This document shows positions 35,181 through 45,170 of a DNA stretch of 64,000 bases, in pieces. Both the position numbers and the translations under genes were made by a program. How positions within the stretch are numbered: position 1 is the stretch's first letter; every line of letters starts with the position of its first letter. The notes below the pieces were generated by a model that saw nothing but the letters and a program-made list of their open reading frames with translations, was not told the DNA's origin and ran no database searches. Source of the stretch: a virus (taxonomy: Duplodnaviria > Caudoviricetes); the IMG/VR virus record IMGVR_UViG_3300013383_000017, positions 32,001-96,000 of that record; one strand, 5' to 3'.

Positions 35181-35942
35181 ATGTCAGAAGAAAAAACTTA
35201 TGTATTTGGAAATGATACCAGTAATGGATTATGGGCATCTTTACCAGCAATGCTTTCTAATAGAGGTGTTGATCCTGCTATTTTATCTTGTTTTAATAAT
35301 AGAGGATTTCTTGGTGGTGATGGGGATATACTGGCTCTTATTATTTTGTTTGCTATATTTGGTGGGGGATTCGGAAATTTTGGATTTGGTAATGGAAATT
35401 CTGTTGCTTCTAATACTGATATGATAATGCAGACATTAAATAGGAATGGATTAGATGTTGGTACTCTTGCTACTAATCTTAATGTAACAAAAGATGCAAT
35501 AACTACAGCTATTGGAGGTGTAGCAACTCAACTATCACAGTGCTGCTGCGATAATAAAACTGCAGTTATGCAACAGGGTTATGAAAGTAGAATAGCAAAT
35601 GCAGAACAAACTACTATATTAGGTAGTAAAATAGATCAGCAAACAGCTCTTATAAATGACAAGTTCTGTGCCTTAGAAATGAGAGACATGCAAAGTAAAA
35701 TGGATGAATTAAGGGAAAGAAATACTGCCCTTATGAGTCAATTAAGTAATGAGCATCAAACTGCTGCTTTGCAGAGTTATGTTGCTTCTACTATTTCTCC
35801 AATTGCATCTGATGTTGCTACAATTAAAGCTACTTTACCACCAACAGTTAGTGTTCCTTATCCACAACTAGCAGCAGTGCCAGCATCTTATGCTACTGCT
35901 TATTATAGTCCTTATTTTAATAGTAATAATTCTATTTGGTAG
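35181..35942 (+). CDS. Gly-rich TM plus coiled-coil CCC-motif protein
   Basis: True start MSEEKTYVF at 35181; IILFAIFGGGFG, QLSQCCCDNK. Confidence 0.8.
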   Translation: MSEEKTYVFGNDTSNGLWASLPAMLSNRGVDPAILSCFNNRGFLGGDGDILALIILFAIFGGGFGNFGFGNGNSVASNTDMIMQTLNRNGLDVGTLATNLNVTKDAITTAIGGVATQLSQCCCDNKTAVMQQGYESRIANAEQTTILGSKIDQQTALINDKFCALEMRDMQSKMDELRERNTALMSQLSNEHQTAALQSYVASTISPIASDVATIKATLPPTVSVPYPQLAAVPASYATAYYSPYFNSNNSIW

Positions 35943-35945
35943 GAG

Positions 35946-36281
35946 GTGATTATGGCTCAATTAAAATTTTCAAATAGAGTCGGTTTTCCTAATTTAGAAG
36001 CAGTTAGTGTGGTTTCAGATGGTACTAATACTACTGTTAATTTTAATCCTTATAATATACCCACTAATACTTTCTTTGGCGGGTTTTGGGTTAAAATACC
36101 ACAAGCTGTAACTACTAGTACTGAACCATTGCAGTTTAGTACAATAGGGGTTAGTAACTCTACAGTTTCTGTTTATTTAGCAAATGGAACACAAGCTACT
36201 GTGGCTAATATAGCTAGTACAGGACCTGCTATTTATTTAGTATTTTATGATAGAGATAACAAAAGAGTTCAATTAATTTAA
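35946..36281 (+). CDS. Small beta-rich hypothetical protein
   Basis: NRVGFP...VFYDR...VQLI; cassette gene 2. Confidence 0.75.
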   Translation: MIMAQLKFSNRVGFPNLEAVSVVSDGTNTTVNFNPYNIPTNTFFGGFWVKIPQAVTTSTEPLQFSTIGVSNSTVSVYLANGTQATVANIASTGPAIYLVFYDRDNKRVQLI

Positions 36282-36287
36282 TTTATT

Positions 36288-36809
36288 ATGTTTCAATCTT
36301 TAAGACAGAATAGTCAATTATATGTATTTTATAAAGGTGATAACCCAAGATTAGAAAGGGCAATGGTTGTATCACCCCCTGTTTCAAGACCTAAATACCA
36401 AGTACCTGCTAATTTTGGTCAATCAGAAATGGTAGTAGATATAATAGCAAAAGTAAATGGACAAACAGTTAATTATAATGGTTTACCGGCACATTTAGAT
36501 ATAGCAGATAGTGTATTAAGTGGTGAAAATATTGTTGTTTCTGATAATAAGGAAGCTATGAATGCTGAAATACTATCTTTAAAACAGAAAAGTATAGATA
36601 TAATTAATAGTGTTGATTTTCATAAAAACCTTATAAAGAATTGTGATTTAATTCTTTCAGAGCTAAATCCAGAATTTGCAGAAAAGAAAGCTCAAAAAGA
36701 GGAAATAGATACTTTAAAAATACAAGTAAATGATCTATCTAGTAGTATTAAGGAACTTATGGAAACTAATAAAATATTAATAAATAAGTTATCTATAAAA
36801 AATGAATGA
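36288..36809 (+). CDS. Hypothetical protein with C-terminal coiled coil
   Basis: MFQSLRQNSQLYV...LNPEFAEKK; cassette gene 3. Confidence 0.8.
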   Translation: MFQSLRQNSQLYVFYKGDNPRLERAMVVSPPVSRPKYQVPANFGQSEMVVDIIAKVNGQTVNYNGLPAHLDIADSVLSGENIVVSDNKEAMNAEILSLKQKSIDIINSVDFHKNLIKNCDLILSELNPEFAEKKAQKEEIDTLKIQVNDLSSSIKELMETNKILINKLSIKNE

Positions 36810-36811
36810 TT

Positions 36812-36967
36812 ATGAAAATGTGGGAAATAAGAGAAAATGATGAACATAGACCAAGAAAATTAAGAAATTATAAAGAATATGATGATTATACTTGTGGCTA
36901 TGAAGATGGTTATGAAGAAGCTATGAGGTCTATGCAGTATAGGTATAATGAAAGAAAAATATATTAA
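36812..36967 (+). CDS. Small protein (51 aa, not in ORF track)
   Basis: MKMWEIRENDEHRPRKLRNYKEYDDYTCGYEDGYEEAMRSMQYRYNERKIY fills the gap exactly. Confidence 0.7.
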   Translation: MKMWEIRENDEHRPRKLRNYKEYDDYTCGYEDGYEEAMRSMQYRYNERKIY

Positions 36968-36969
36968 AT

Positions 36970-37368
36970 ATGAGATTAGATACTTATAACCACTTCCCTA
37001 CAGGAATGATAGAATACTTAGATACTTATGGGTGGCATTTTAGTAAAGCAATGTGTGATTGGGCAATAAGTAAGATGCATAAAGAAAATAATAAACCTAT
37101 TGATGTTATAAGTAAAGAAAGAGTAGATAGCTTATTATCTATTTATGGTATTAAACTAGATAATAATAAGGGCTATGACTATGTTTATATAGCTAATATG
37201 GTAATGAGTGATTTCTATGGTAAATCTATAAAAGATGAAGAACATCTTATTCTTTATGTAAAGGATGTAATAGATGATGTTGATGCCTATGAAGGTATGC
37301 CTTTTACTAGGTTTTATGCTGATTGTATAGGTAGTGGTACCCCTATAATTTGGGAGGATATGTTATGA
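36970..37368 (+). CDS. Conserved hypothetical protein
   Basis: YL..YGWHFSK.MC.WA...YD.VY.ANM..SD...I.WEDML. Confidence 0.8.
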   Translation: MRLDTYNHFPTGMIEYLDTYGWHFSKAMCDWAISKMHKENNKPIDVISKERVDSLLSIYGIKLDNNKGYDYVYIANMVMSDFYGKSIKDEEHLILYVKDVIDDVDAYEGMPFTRFYADCIGSGTPIIWEDML

Positions 37369-37799
37369 TAAAACAAGATATTTATATTAGAAAATATGGT
37401 TGGAAAATAATAGTGTTCTATATTGTAAATGATATAGATATCAAGGCTATTTTAAAAGAACTAATTAATATAGATTGTGATATAGAATCTTTTATTAATA
37501 TTTATTATAGAATAAACCATTTTAATTATAATGAAGGTATTACATATACAAATCAAGATACTAAAGATACTATAGTAATTATATTTCCATCTACTTCTCC
37601 AGAAGAACTAAGTGATACTATAAATCATGAAAAAGGACATTGCTTAGCACACATTAGTGAAACTCTGAATATTAATCCTTTTGGGGAAGAAATACAATAT
37701 ATTAATGGTTATATAAGTAAAAAAGTATTTAAAGAATCTAGAAAACTATTATATGGTTGTGAAAAACTGAATCAAGATTTATTTTCAATTAGGCAGTAG
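37365..37799 (+). CDS. HExxH metallopeptidase-like protein
   Basis: GITYTN...TINHEKGH...GEEIQY; likely start MIKQDI. Confidence 0.65.
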   Translation: MIKQDIYIRKYGWKIIVFYIVNDIDIKAILKELINIDCDIESFINIYYRINHFNYNEGITYTNQDTKDTIVIIFPSTSPEELSDTINHEKGHCLAHISETLNINPFGEEIQYINGYISKKVFKESRKLLYGCEKLNQDLFSIRQ

Positions 37800-37817
37800 G
37801 AAACTACTGCCTTTTTT
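37791..37817 (+). terminator. Rho-independent terminator
   Basis: AGGCAGTAG-GAAA-CTACTGCCT-TTTTT. Confidence 0.85.
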
Positions 37818-37861
37818 ATTTAATATAATATTAAGCACTGCTTAATTTTAAATTAAATGTA

Positions 37862-37892
37862 TTGTATATTTTAAAATTTTTAATTAGTTTTG
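37862..37892 (+). promoter_or_regulatory. Bacteroidetes promoter for the capsid operon
   Basis: TTG...TAGTTTTG. Confidence 0.6.
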
Positions 37893-37926
37893 TAATTAAT
37901 TATTATTTTAATAAAAAAGGGAAAAT

Positions 37927-39075
37927 ATGGAAGATTTTAGTTTAGATCTCTCTAATATTTTAAGTGATGAGCAATTGAATGCTCTAAACAATGAAGGAGA
38001 GAAGAAAGAAAAACAGGATACTCCACCTGAAATTAAGGAGAACACTAGTACTGAGAATTTAACAGCATCAGAGTTGTTTGATTCAGAGAGCGTAAGTAAA
38101 AGTGACGAGGATAATAAAAAAATTATTAAAGATGATAATGATATCTCTGTCTTAAATACTGATGCTCCCCCAAAAAATATCTACTCTTCCATAGCAAAAG
38201 CATTTAAGACAGATGATATTTTTGATTTATCTGATGAGGAAATAGATAATATTAAAACTTCTGATGATTTTGCTAATGCTATTGAAAAACAAATTCAATC
38301 TAAATTTGATGAAAGACAGAAGAGAATAGATGATGCACTAAATAATGGAGTGCCTGCTGATAGTATTAAAATGTTTGAAAATAATATTGGTATACTTAAT
38401 AGTATTACTGATGAAAACATTGAAGATGAAAGTGAGCAGGGTATTGAGTTAAGAAGAAATTTAATAATAAGAGATTACCTAAATAGAGGTTATACTGAAG
38501 AAAAAGCAGCAGCAATGGCTCAAAGGTCTTTTGATTCTAATAATGATATTGATGATGCAAAAGATGCATTACAACAAAATAAAGACTTTTTTAAGAGAGA
38601 ATATAATAAACTTCTAACAGAAGCTAAGAAAAAAGCTGATAAAGAGAAGAAAGATATTGCTGACGCTGCTGAAAGATTAAGAAAATCTATTTTTGAAGAG
38701 AAGAAGGCATTTGGGGAACTGGATGTTGATAAAGGTACAAGGCAAAAGATTTACGATACTATTAGTAAGCCTTATTATAAAGATCCTGCTACAGGTCAAT
38801 ATCTAACAGAACTTCAAAAATATGAAAAAGATAATCATAATGACTTCATGAAAAATATTGGTTATTTATATGTAATAACTGATGGATTCAAAACCTTAGG
38901 TAATATAACAAAAACTATAGAAAGAAAAGTTAACAATAAGGGCATAAAAAACCTTGAGAATATCATTAATACTACATATAGAAACTCAGATGGCAGCTTG
39001 AGATTAATTAATGATAGTACTTCTGATAAGGAGTCTTATTTCTCTGGTGGTTGGACCCTTGATTTAAATAATTAA
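37927..39075 (+). CDS. Putative scaffolding / pre-MCP protein
   Basis: Acidic N-terminus, helical body, immediately upstream of MCP as in crAss-like phages. Confidence 0.65.
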   Translation: MEDFSLDLSNILSDEQLNALNNEGEKKEKQDTPPEIKENTSTENLTASELFDSESVSKSDEDNKKIIKDDNDISVLNTDAPPKNIYSSIAKAFKTDDIFDLSDEEIDNIKTSDDFANAIEKQIQSKFDERQKRIDDALNNGVPADSIKMFENNIGILNSITDENIEDESEQGIELRRNLIIRDYLNRGYTEEKAAAMAQRSFDSNNDIDDAKDALQQNKDFFKREYNKLLTEAKKKADKEKKDIADAAERLRKSIFEEKKAFGELDVDKGTRQKIYDTISKPYYKDPATGQYLTELQKYEKDNHNDFMKNIGYLYVITDGFKTLGNITKTIERKVNNKGIKNLENIINTTYRNSDGSLRLINDSTSDKESYFSGGWTLDLNN

Positions 39076-39087
39076 TTATAATTACTT

Positions 39088-41437
39088 ATGGTAAAATTAA
39101 ACAAATTTCAGACTGCAACATTTGATGGTTGGGCTTCGGAGATTACAAAAAGAAACCATATTGATTCTATGTATCCAAGTAACCAGCAGGCTGTTGCTGA
39201 TTTTATGATTCAGTTGTTGGCAAGGAATTTTGGTAATAGCCTTGAAACAACTTTGAGTAAATTTCCTACAAAGTTTTTTGAAGATGATTCAGAATTTTAT
39301 TGGGATGTTATAGGTTCTGCAAGGAGAAATATTCCTCTAGTAGAAGCTAGGAAATATGATGGTACACCAGTTAAAGAAGACTCTGGTATGATAGGTGCTA
39401 ACAGAGAGCCTTTCTACCTAGTATTTCCAGAAATGTGGTTCTTCGATGGTGAGGAAATCTTTGGTGAGTTGAATCAAGTTTATCCTATGTTAATTAAGGA
39501 TAAGCCTAAAACTGAAGGTACTAATTATGTTTATCTTGTAGAACTCTCTAATGGTTCAACTAATGGTATTCCTGCTGAAAGGTTACTTGCTGGTGAGAGA
39601 TTCTCTTGGGGATTTGCTCCAGTAGAAAGAGGACTTTCTCGTGGTGTTGGTGGTGTAAGGTATGCTACTCCTGCTAAGATGAGGAATGAATTTACCACAA
39701 TCAGAATTAAAGATGAGGTTTCTGGTGATGTTTATGGAAAGAAGATTGCTATGGGTGTTCCTATGGTTAGAGTAGACCAGAGTGGTAAGATGGTTAAAGA
39801 AACTGCTAATATGTGGATGCATTATTGGGAGTTTGAATTTGAAAAGACTTGGAGAGAATATAAAAATAACCTTTATGCTTATTCTGTTTCTAATAGAAAT
39901 GAGAATGGAGAATATATGAACTTTGGTAAATCTGCAGAGGTTATTCGTAAGGGAGATGGTCTATATGCTCAGTTAGAAAGAGGAAATGTACATTATTATA
40001 ATAAGTTCTCTCTTCAGTTACTAGAAGATTTACTTCTCTCTATTTCTACTTCTAAACTTGAAGCTGGTGAGAGGGAATTCCTTATTAGAACTGGTGAGTA
40101 TGGCATGAGAGATTTCAGCAGGGCTGTATCACAGACTGGTTCTGGTTGGTCTATGTATAATTATAATGCTGATAATCTTGGTATTATGAAGAAAACAGGG
40201 GATAATAACTTTACTCTTGTTAATCCACAGTTTGATAATTATTATACTTTTGGTGGTATTAAGATTAGAGTTGAGGTAGATTCATTCTATGATGACCCTG
40301 TAAATAATAAGATAGAATTTCCGGGAGGAGAAGGCAAAGCAATGTCACACAGATTTGATATTATCAATATTGGTACTATGGATCAGCCTAATATCTTTAA
40401 GTGTGGTATTAAAGGTCAGCCTACGGAAGTTAGGTCTATTCAGTGGGGATTAATGGCATAAGCCTTACACATTTCTCAGTTCTCACTATTCTACCTAGAA
40501 CAGAAAAGAAAGTATAAAATAAGATTGTTAATTGCTAGAAGTTCCTTAGAGACTTTATTGCTTTTTATCTTCAAACATTTAATTATGGAAGAAAAAGAAT
40601 TATGGAAAAAACTAGATGAATATCCAAATATAGAAATTAGTAATTTAGGAAGGATTAAAAAATTAAAAAATCATAAAAAACATAAAGATATTATTCAGTC
40701 TGATTTTTTTAAAGATAAAGATGGGTATTCAAGAATAAATGTTTTAAATAAAAAAGGTGAAATAAAACAAGTTGGTATACACAGACTAGTGGCTTTGGCA
40801 TTTATCCCAAATCTAGAAAACAAAAAGTGTGTCAATCATAGAAACTCAGTAAGAACAGATAATAGAGTTTCTAATCTAGAATGGGTAACACCAAAAGAAA
40901 ATGTTTATCATTCTTTTATTTTTGGTAATGCAGTAAAAAGAACATTAGTACCAAAAAATAAAGTATTAACAGCATTTCAAATTTCTGAAATAGAAAATTT
41001 GAGAAGGATGTATACATTAAAAAAGATTTCATATCTTTTTAATATTAATTATTCTACTTTAAAAAACATAATTCGTAAAAAGAAACAACATAAAGTATTG
41101 GATAACCAGCAGCCAAGTATCTATAGTTACAATGATATTATAGATAAAGGTTCAACGACTATTCCGAAAGGAAGTAGTGAGTAGTACTCACGAAATGCAG
41201 TCTGCTGTATTTACAGTAAAGATATAGTCTGAACTTCAATGAAAATTGAAGAGAATATATGGAAACGATATATTCGTAACATTAAATGTGAGAGATCCTT
41301 ATACGGGTAGATGGGGTAACCAAAATATGTCTTTTGAGGATGACAAGGCTGTTATCCACAAGATGGGACAGTTTGGTGTTTGTGTTCTTGACCCTTCTAG
41401 GACACTGTCTTTGATACCTAAAGTATTAAGGGGATAA
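39088..41437 (+). CDS. Major capsid protein, spliced: join(39088..40450,41289..41437), 503 aa
   Basis: FEDDSEFYWDVIGSARRNIPLVEAR, ANMWMHY and IGTMDQPNIFKC match the phiCrAss001-type MCP. Splicing gives QWGLRDPYTG and the C-terminal GVCVLDP...LIP. Confidence 0.93.
40451..41288 (+). mobile_element. Group I self-splicing intron in MCP
   Basis: Exon ends in U and intron ends in G. IGS TTTCTCAGTTCTCACT (40472-40487) pairs with both exons. Core P AATTGCTAGAA, Q AACCAGCAGCC, R GTTCAACGACTA, S AAGATATAGTCT. Confidence 0.92.
40585..41184 (+). CDS. Intron-encoded NUMOD4-HNH homing endonuclease
   Basis: ELWKKL...EISNLGRIK; IHRLVALAFIPN...VNHRNSVRTDNRVSNLEWVT..EN. ATG at 40585. Confidence 0.9.
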   Translation: MEEKELWKKLDEYPNIEISNLGRIKKLKNHKKHKDIIQSDFFKDKDGYSRINVLNKKGEIKQVGIHRLVALAFIPNLENKKCVNHRNSVRTDNRVSNLEWVTPKENVYHSFIFGNAVKRTLVPKNKVLTAFQISEIENLRRMYTLKKISYLFNINYSTLKNIIRKKKQHKVLDNQQPSIYSYNDIIDKGSTTIPKGSSE

Positions 41438-41442
41438 TTAAT

Positions 41443-41470
41443 GGGTGGGGAAATTTCCCCACTCTATTTT
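41443..41470 (+). terminator. Terminator after MCP
   Basis: GGGTGGGGA-AATT-TCCCCACTC-TATTTT. Confidence 0.75.
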
Positions 41471-41495
41471 AAATTTTTAAAATGGGAGATTAAAA

Positions 41496-42464
41496 ATGGA
41501 AGAAATGAATATTGATACTCAAGAATTAAAGGAACCAATACCTATGGAACCAGTAACTCTTAGTAGACAAAAAGAAAAAACAAAAGTAAAAACTGTTACT
41601 ACAGTTTCTGATAGAGAGGTTACAAATTGTTTAAGAAATGAAAAAGTCATTGTTAGATATATTATAAAAGAAAAGACTGGAATTACAGATACTAAACACC
41701 CATTTTATGGTGGTTTGGCTGATAATTCTTTTATTGACCTCACAGTACCCCTTTTAAGAAGTGGCTCTTATAAAAATCCTCTTACTAGTAATGAGAAGGC
41801 ATTTTTAGAGTCCTATATGGGATTAGAGGAAGGGAGTCTAAGTGTTTATAATAAAGAAGATAATTTTTGGGATAATTTTTATGTTAGATTAACTAAGGTG
41901 GATACTATATTAAATCTGGCAGATGCTAATGATTATATTAGATATAAAGTTATCCTTGCTAATAATGATATTGTAGCACCTTCTTTAAAGTCCTTACGAG
42001 ATTATTCTCTAGAGACATATAGATTTGTAATTATTTCAGAATCTGAAACATATAATTCTACTATAGACAAAACTAATACTAAGAGTAAATGCTGGAAAGA
42101 GTTTGGAAAAGTTGAAAATAATGAAGATATCCTAAGATGTATTATTCATACCATTGATGGAAGAAAACCTTCAGAAAATACTAAGATAGAGTTCTTGAGA
42201 GATAGAATTGATAAATTGATAGATTCTGATAGTAAACTATTCTTATCAGTAATTACTGACCCTCTTCTTGACTTTAAGGTTTTAATAGAAAAAGCATATG
42301 ATAAAGGTGTAGTAAATAAGAGAGGTGATTATTATTATTTTAATAATACTCCTTTGTGTGGAAAGAATGAAAATCCTACATTTACTATTGCAGCTAAATA
42401 TATTAGTTTACCTGAAAATCAAGAGATTAAGTTTGCTATTGAAGGTAAAATAAAAAATAAATGA
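41496..42464 (+). CDS. Conserved crAss post-MCP protein (gp33-like)
   Basis: NCLRNEKVIVRYI...YGGLA...NFW...DYIRYK. Confidence 0.8.
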   Translation: MEEMNIDTQELKEPIPMEPVTLSRQKEKTKVKTVTTVSDREVTNCLRNEKVIVRYIIKEKTGITDTKHPFYGGLADNSFIDLTVPLLRSGSYKNPLTSNEKAFLESYMGLEEGSLSVYNKEDNFWDNFYVRLTKVDTILNLADANDYIRYKVILANNDIVAPSLKSLRDYSLETYRFVIISESETYNSTIDKTNTKSKCWKEFGKVENNEDILRCIIHTIDGRKPSENTKIEFLRDRIDKLIDSDSKLFLSVITDPLLDFKVLIEKAYDKGVVNKRGDYYYFNNTPLCGKNENPTFTIAAKYISLPENQEIKFAIEGKIKNK

Positions 42465-43135
42465 CTTTAGAACAGTTTAATTTAGAGTTTGATATTCTAT
42501 TTAATAGCATTTCTTCTAATGTAGCCCCTAGTTTATCACCATTAGAAAAAAGTATTCTTTTAACACAAGCACAAGAACTTTTAGTAAAAGAGTATTATAG
42601 TGGTGATATAACAGGAAACTCTTTTGAAAAAAATGAAGAATCAAAAGAATATCTAAACACTTTAGTTACTCAAACTACTGCAACTGAAAAACCTACTGTT
42701 TTAGATGTGCCTTTTAATTATAAAAGTTATGAACTTCCTACAGATTTATTATATATAGTTAATGAAGTTATAACAGTTAAAAATAAATGTAATGAATCAT
42801 TAAGTAGTGTATTAAGAGTAAAACCATCTTCAAATGATGAGTATATAAAAAGTCTAGACAATCCTTTTACTGGACCTTTAGGTAATATAGTATTAAGAAG
42901 AATAGAAAATAACACTATATTTTTGTATCCTCCTAATACAGAAGAAGTTAAGTCTTATTTTATTACTTATATTAAAAGACCAGAACCTATTGTTTTGCTA
43001 GGTATTGAGGATGCTCCTGCACCTTATAAACAATATATAGAAAATGGTAATAACTGCTCTTTACCAGAGTCTTGTCATCAAGATGTGCTATTAAGAGCAG
43101 TACAACTTGCTAGAAATGTTTGGGTTTCCCAATAA
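42461..43135 (+). CDS. Tail ring protein (gp34/35-like)
   Basis: F..EFDILFN.I.SN.AP...EKS.LLT.AQE...YIKRP.PI...H..VL.RAV.LA. Confidence 0.8.
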   Translation: MTLEQFNLEFDILFNSISSNVAPSLSPLEKSILLTQAQELLVKEYYSGDITGNSFEKNEESKEYLNTLVTQTTATEKPTVLDVPFNYKSYELPTDLLYIVNEVITVKNKCNESLSSVLRVKPSSNDEYIKSLDNPFTGPLGNIVLRRIENNTIFLYPPNTEEVKSYFITYIKRPEPIVLLGIEDAPAPYKQYIENGNNCSLPESCHQDVLLRAVQLARNVWVSQ

Positions 43136-43160
43136 TAAATAATATTTAATATTAAATAAT

Positions 43161-44252
43161 ATGAATTTTTCAACAAATCAAGTTAAGCAGCTTTATGTAG
43201 CAAAAGCTGATTCAACACTTACATTAAAAGAAATTAAATCCCCTGATAAGGCTGCTACTGTTGGGGCTGTTATAGATATTGATGGGGAGATAACTGATAT
43301 TATTCCTAAGGGAAAAGTAATGTCTGTTACTACTGCTTGTGCTCAAGATGATGCTCAGAAATTAAAGAGAAAGGGTGTCCTTATTAAACTTAATGCAGAT
43401 GTAAATGATGGAGCACCTGTTGCTGGTGAACACTATATTATGCATCTTAATTATAGAGGGCATATTGGTGAGGAAGATACCTATCAGAAGTGTGCAGAAG
43501 TTTATGTTAATAAGAAGAACATGACTGCTGCTGAGTTTCTTCAGAAAATGGCTCAATCTCTTATTGATCAGATAGGTGTAGAAGCAACTCCTCTTTATGA
43601 ATTATTTACAACTGAAGGACAAGTTATAAAAGAAATTACTATACCTGTATTCTCTGAAACTGTTGACTATAAGACAGGTGATAAGGTTATTTATGCTGGC
43701 AAAGCATATGCTTTTAGTAAGGCACATACTAAAGGTGCTTGGGCTGCTGGTGATGTTACAGCCCTTACAGAAGCTCCAGTAGAAGCTATTACTGATAAAG
43801 GATTTTACATTGTAGAGCCAGTACCTTATTGGAGATTAGGTACTTTCCCAGAGACTTTAATGAAAATTGAAATAGGTACAGCTCCTATTACAGTTAGTGC
43901 TATAGAGTATATTGATTGGCTTGCTAATTATAAGTTTGAAGCTGTTAATATTACAGCTATTAAACCTATTTACAATACCCATAAGATTGCAGACCTTGAG
44001 TATTTCTGCAAGGGTGAAAGGGGTATATCTGCAGGTCTTTCTGCTCCTTATGATGTTCAGTTGCCTTTAGATCTTAAAGTTGATACTACTGTTGCTACTG
44101 GTTATGATATTCTTAATGTTCATTATGCTTATGAGGGACATAATCAGAATAGTACTTTATCTGAAAAAGATATAACAATAGTTATCCCTAATAGTGGTGC
44201 TACTGTAAACACTAAACTCAGCACTCTTAAAACTAGTCTTTTGGCACTTTAG
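43161..44252 (+). CDS. Auxiliary capsid protein (gp36-like) with CBM-like insertion
   Basis: STNQVKQLYVAK, PVAGEHYI, IADLEYFC.G.RG, SEKDIT. Confidence 0.85.
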   Translation: MNFSTNQVKQLYVAKADSTLTLKEIKSPDKAATVGAVIDIDGEITDIIPKGKVMSVTTACAQDDAQKLKRKGVLIKLNADVNDGAPVAGEHYIMHLNYRGHIGEEDTYQKCAEVYVNKKNMTAAEFLQKMAQSLIDQIGVEATPLYELFTTEGQVIKEITIPVFSETVDYKTGDKVIYAGKAYAFSKAHTKGAWAAGDVTALTEAPVEAITDKGFYIVEPVPYWRLGTFPETLMKIEIGTAPITVSAIEYIDWLANYKFEAVNITAIKPIYNTHKIADLEYFCKGERGISAGLSAPYDVQLPLDLKVDTTVATGYDILNVHYAYEGHNQNSTLSEKDITIVIPNSGATVNTKLSTLKTSLLAL

Positions 44253-44266
44253 TGTGTATTTAATAT

Positions 44267-44296
44267 AAGGTGGCACTTAATTGTGTCACCTTTTTT
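44267..44296 (+). terminator. Rho-independent terminator
   Basis: AAGGTGGCAC-TTAATT-GTGTCACCTT-TTTT. Confidence 0.8.
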
Positions 44297-44375
44297 AGTA
44301 TCTATTAATTTTAGATTAAATCTATTGTATTATATTATAATTTTTATTATATTTATATTTTAAAATTTAATTAAA

Positions 44376-45170
44376 ATGAGTACTTATAGAGAACTAATAT
44401 ATATAGTATCAGATTTAGCAAAACAACTAAATGATGATACTACAATAAATGAAAACCATATAGCCTTCTTACTTAATAAGTATAGAATGTATCTTTTAAA
44501 ACAGAAATATGGTAAGGATTACAGTCAAAATATACCAATAGAAGCATTTCAAACTATATGTGTAGACTTAAAAGAAAATAATTTTTCCTCACAATGTGTT
44601 GACTCCTGCCTTATAGATGATGCTGAGGATAAATATTTAAAATCAATTAAAAAAGTACCTAGTATTTTTAATATCAATTTAGTTAGAGTAGCAACTAATA
44701 ACATATTTAAAAGTTCTATAGCTTTTATTTCTCCGGAAAGAATGGGTTATGTAGGTAATAATAAATGGTTAAAGAATGTTATTTATAGTACCATTTATTA
44801 TGATAACTATCTATATTTAAAATCAGCCAATCTCAACCTATATAAGAAAATAGATAATAATTTAGTTTATAATAAGGTATATCTTTCTGCTATTTTTGAT
44901 GACCCTATTCAAGCTTTTAATATGAAGCACTGTACTGGAGATGTTTGTACTGAAGAAGAATGCTTAAAAGAATATAGTTATTTAGATATACAATTTCCAA
45001 TAGAAAGTGCTTTGGAAACACAACTTATAGCACTTACACTTAATGAAGTTATTAACGCTTCATATAGACCTAATGATAATACTAATAATGCTAAAGATGA
45101 TTTGGCTGATCTTGCTTCTTATGTATCTCAATATATGAAGAAAAATAAACAACAAAATACAGATGCATAA
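44376..45170 (+). CDS. Tail ring protein (gp40-like)
   Basis: MSTYRELIY...DD....E.H..FLL.KYR...FPIE...D..NNA.DDL. Confidence 0.8.
   Translation: MSTYRELIYIVSDLAKQLNDDTTINENHIAFLLNKYRMYLLKQKYGKDYSQNIPIEAFQTICVDLKENNFSSQCVDSCLIDDAEDKYLKSIKKVPSIFNINLVRVATNNIFKSSIAFISPERMGYVGNNKWLKNVIYSTIYYDNYLYLKSANLNLYKKIDNNLVYNKVYLSAIFDDPIQAFNMKHCTGDVCTEEECLKEYSYLDIQFPIESALETQLIALTLNEVINASYRPNDNTNNAKDDLADLASYVSQYMKKNKQQNTDA

Noticed and set aside
41246-41437. Stand-alone 63-aa ORF
   Set aside because: It is MCP exon 2 plus intron sequence.
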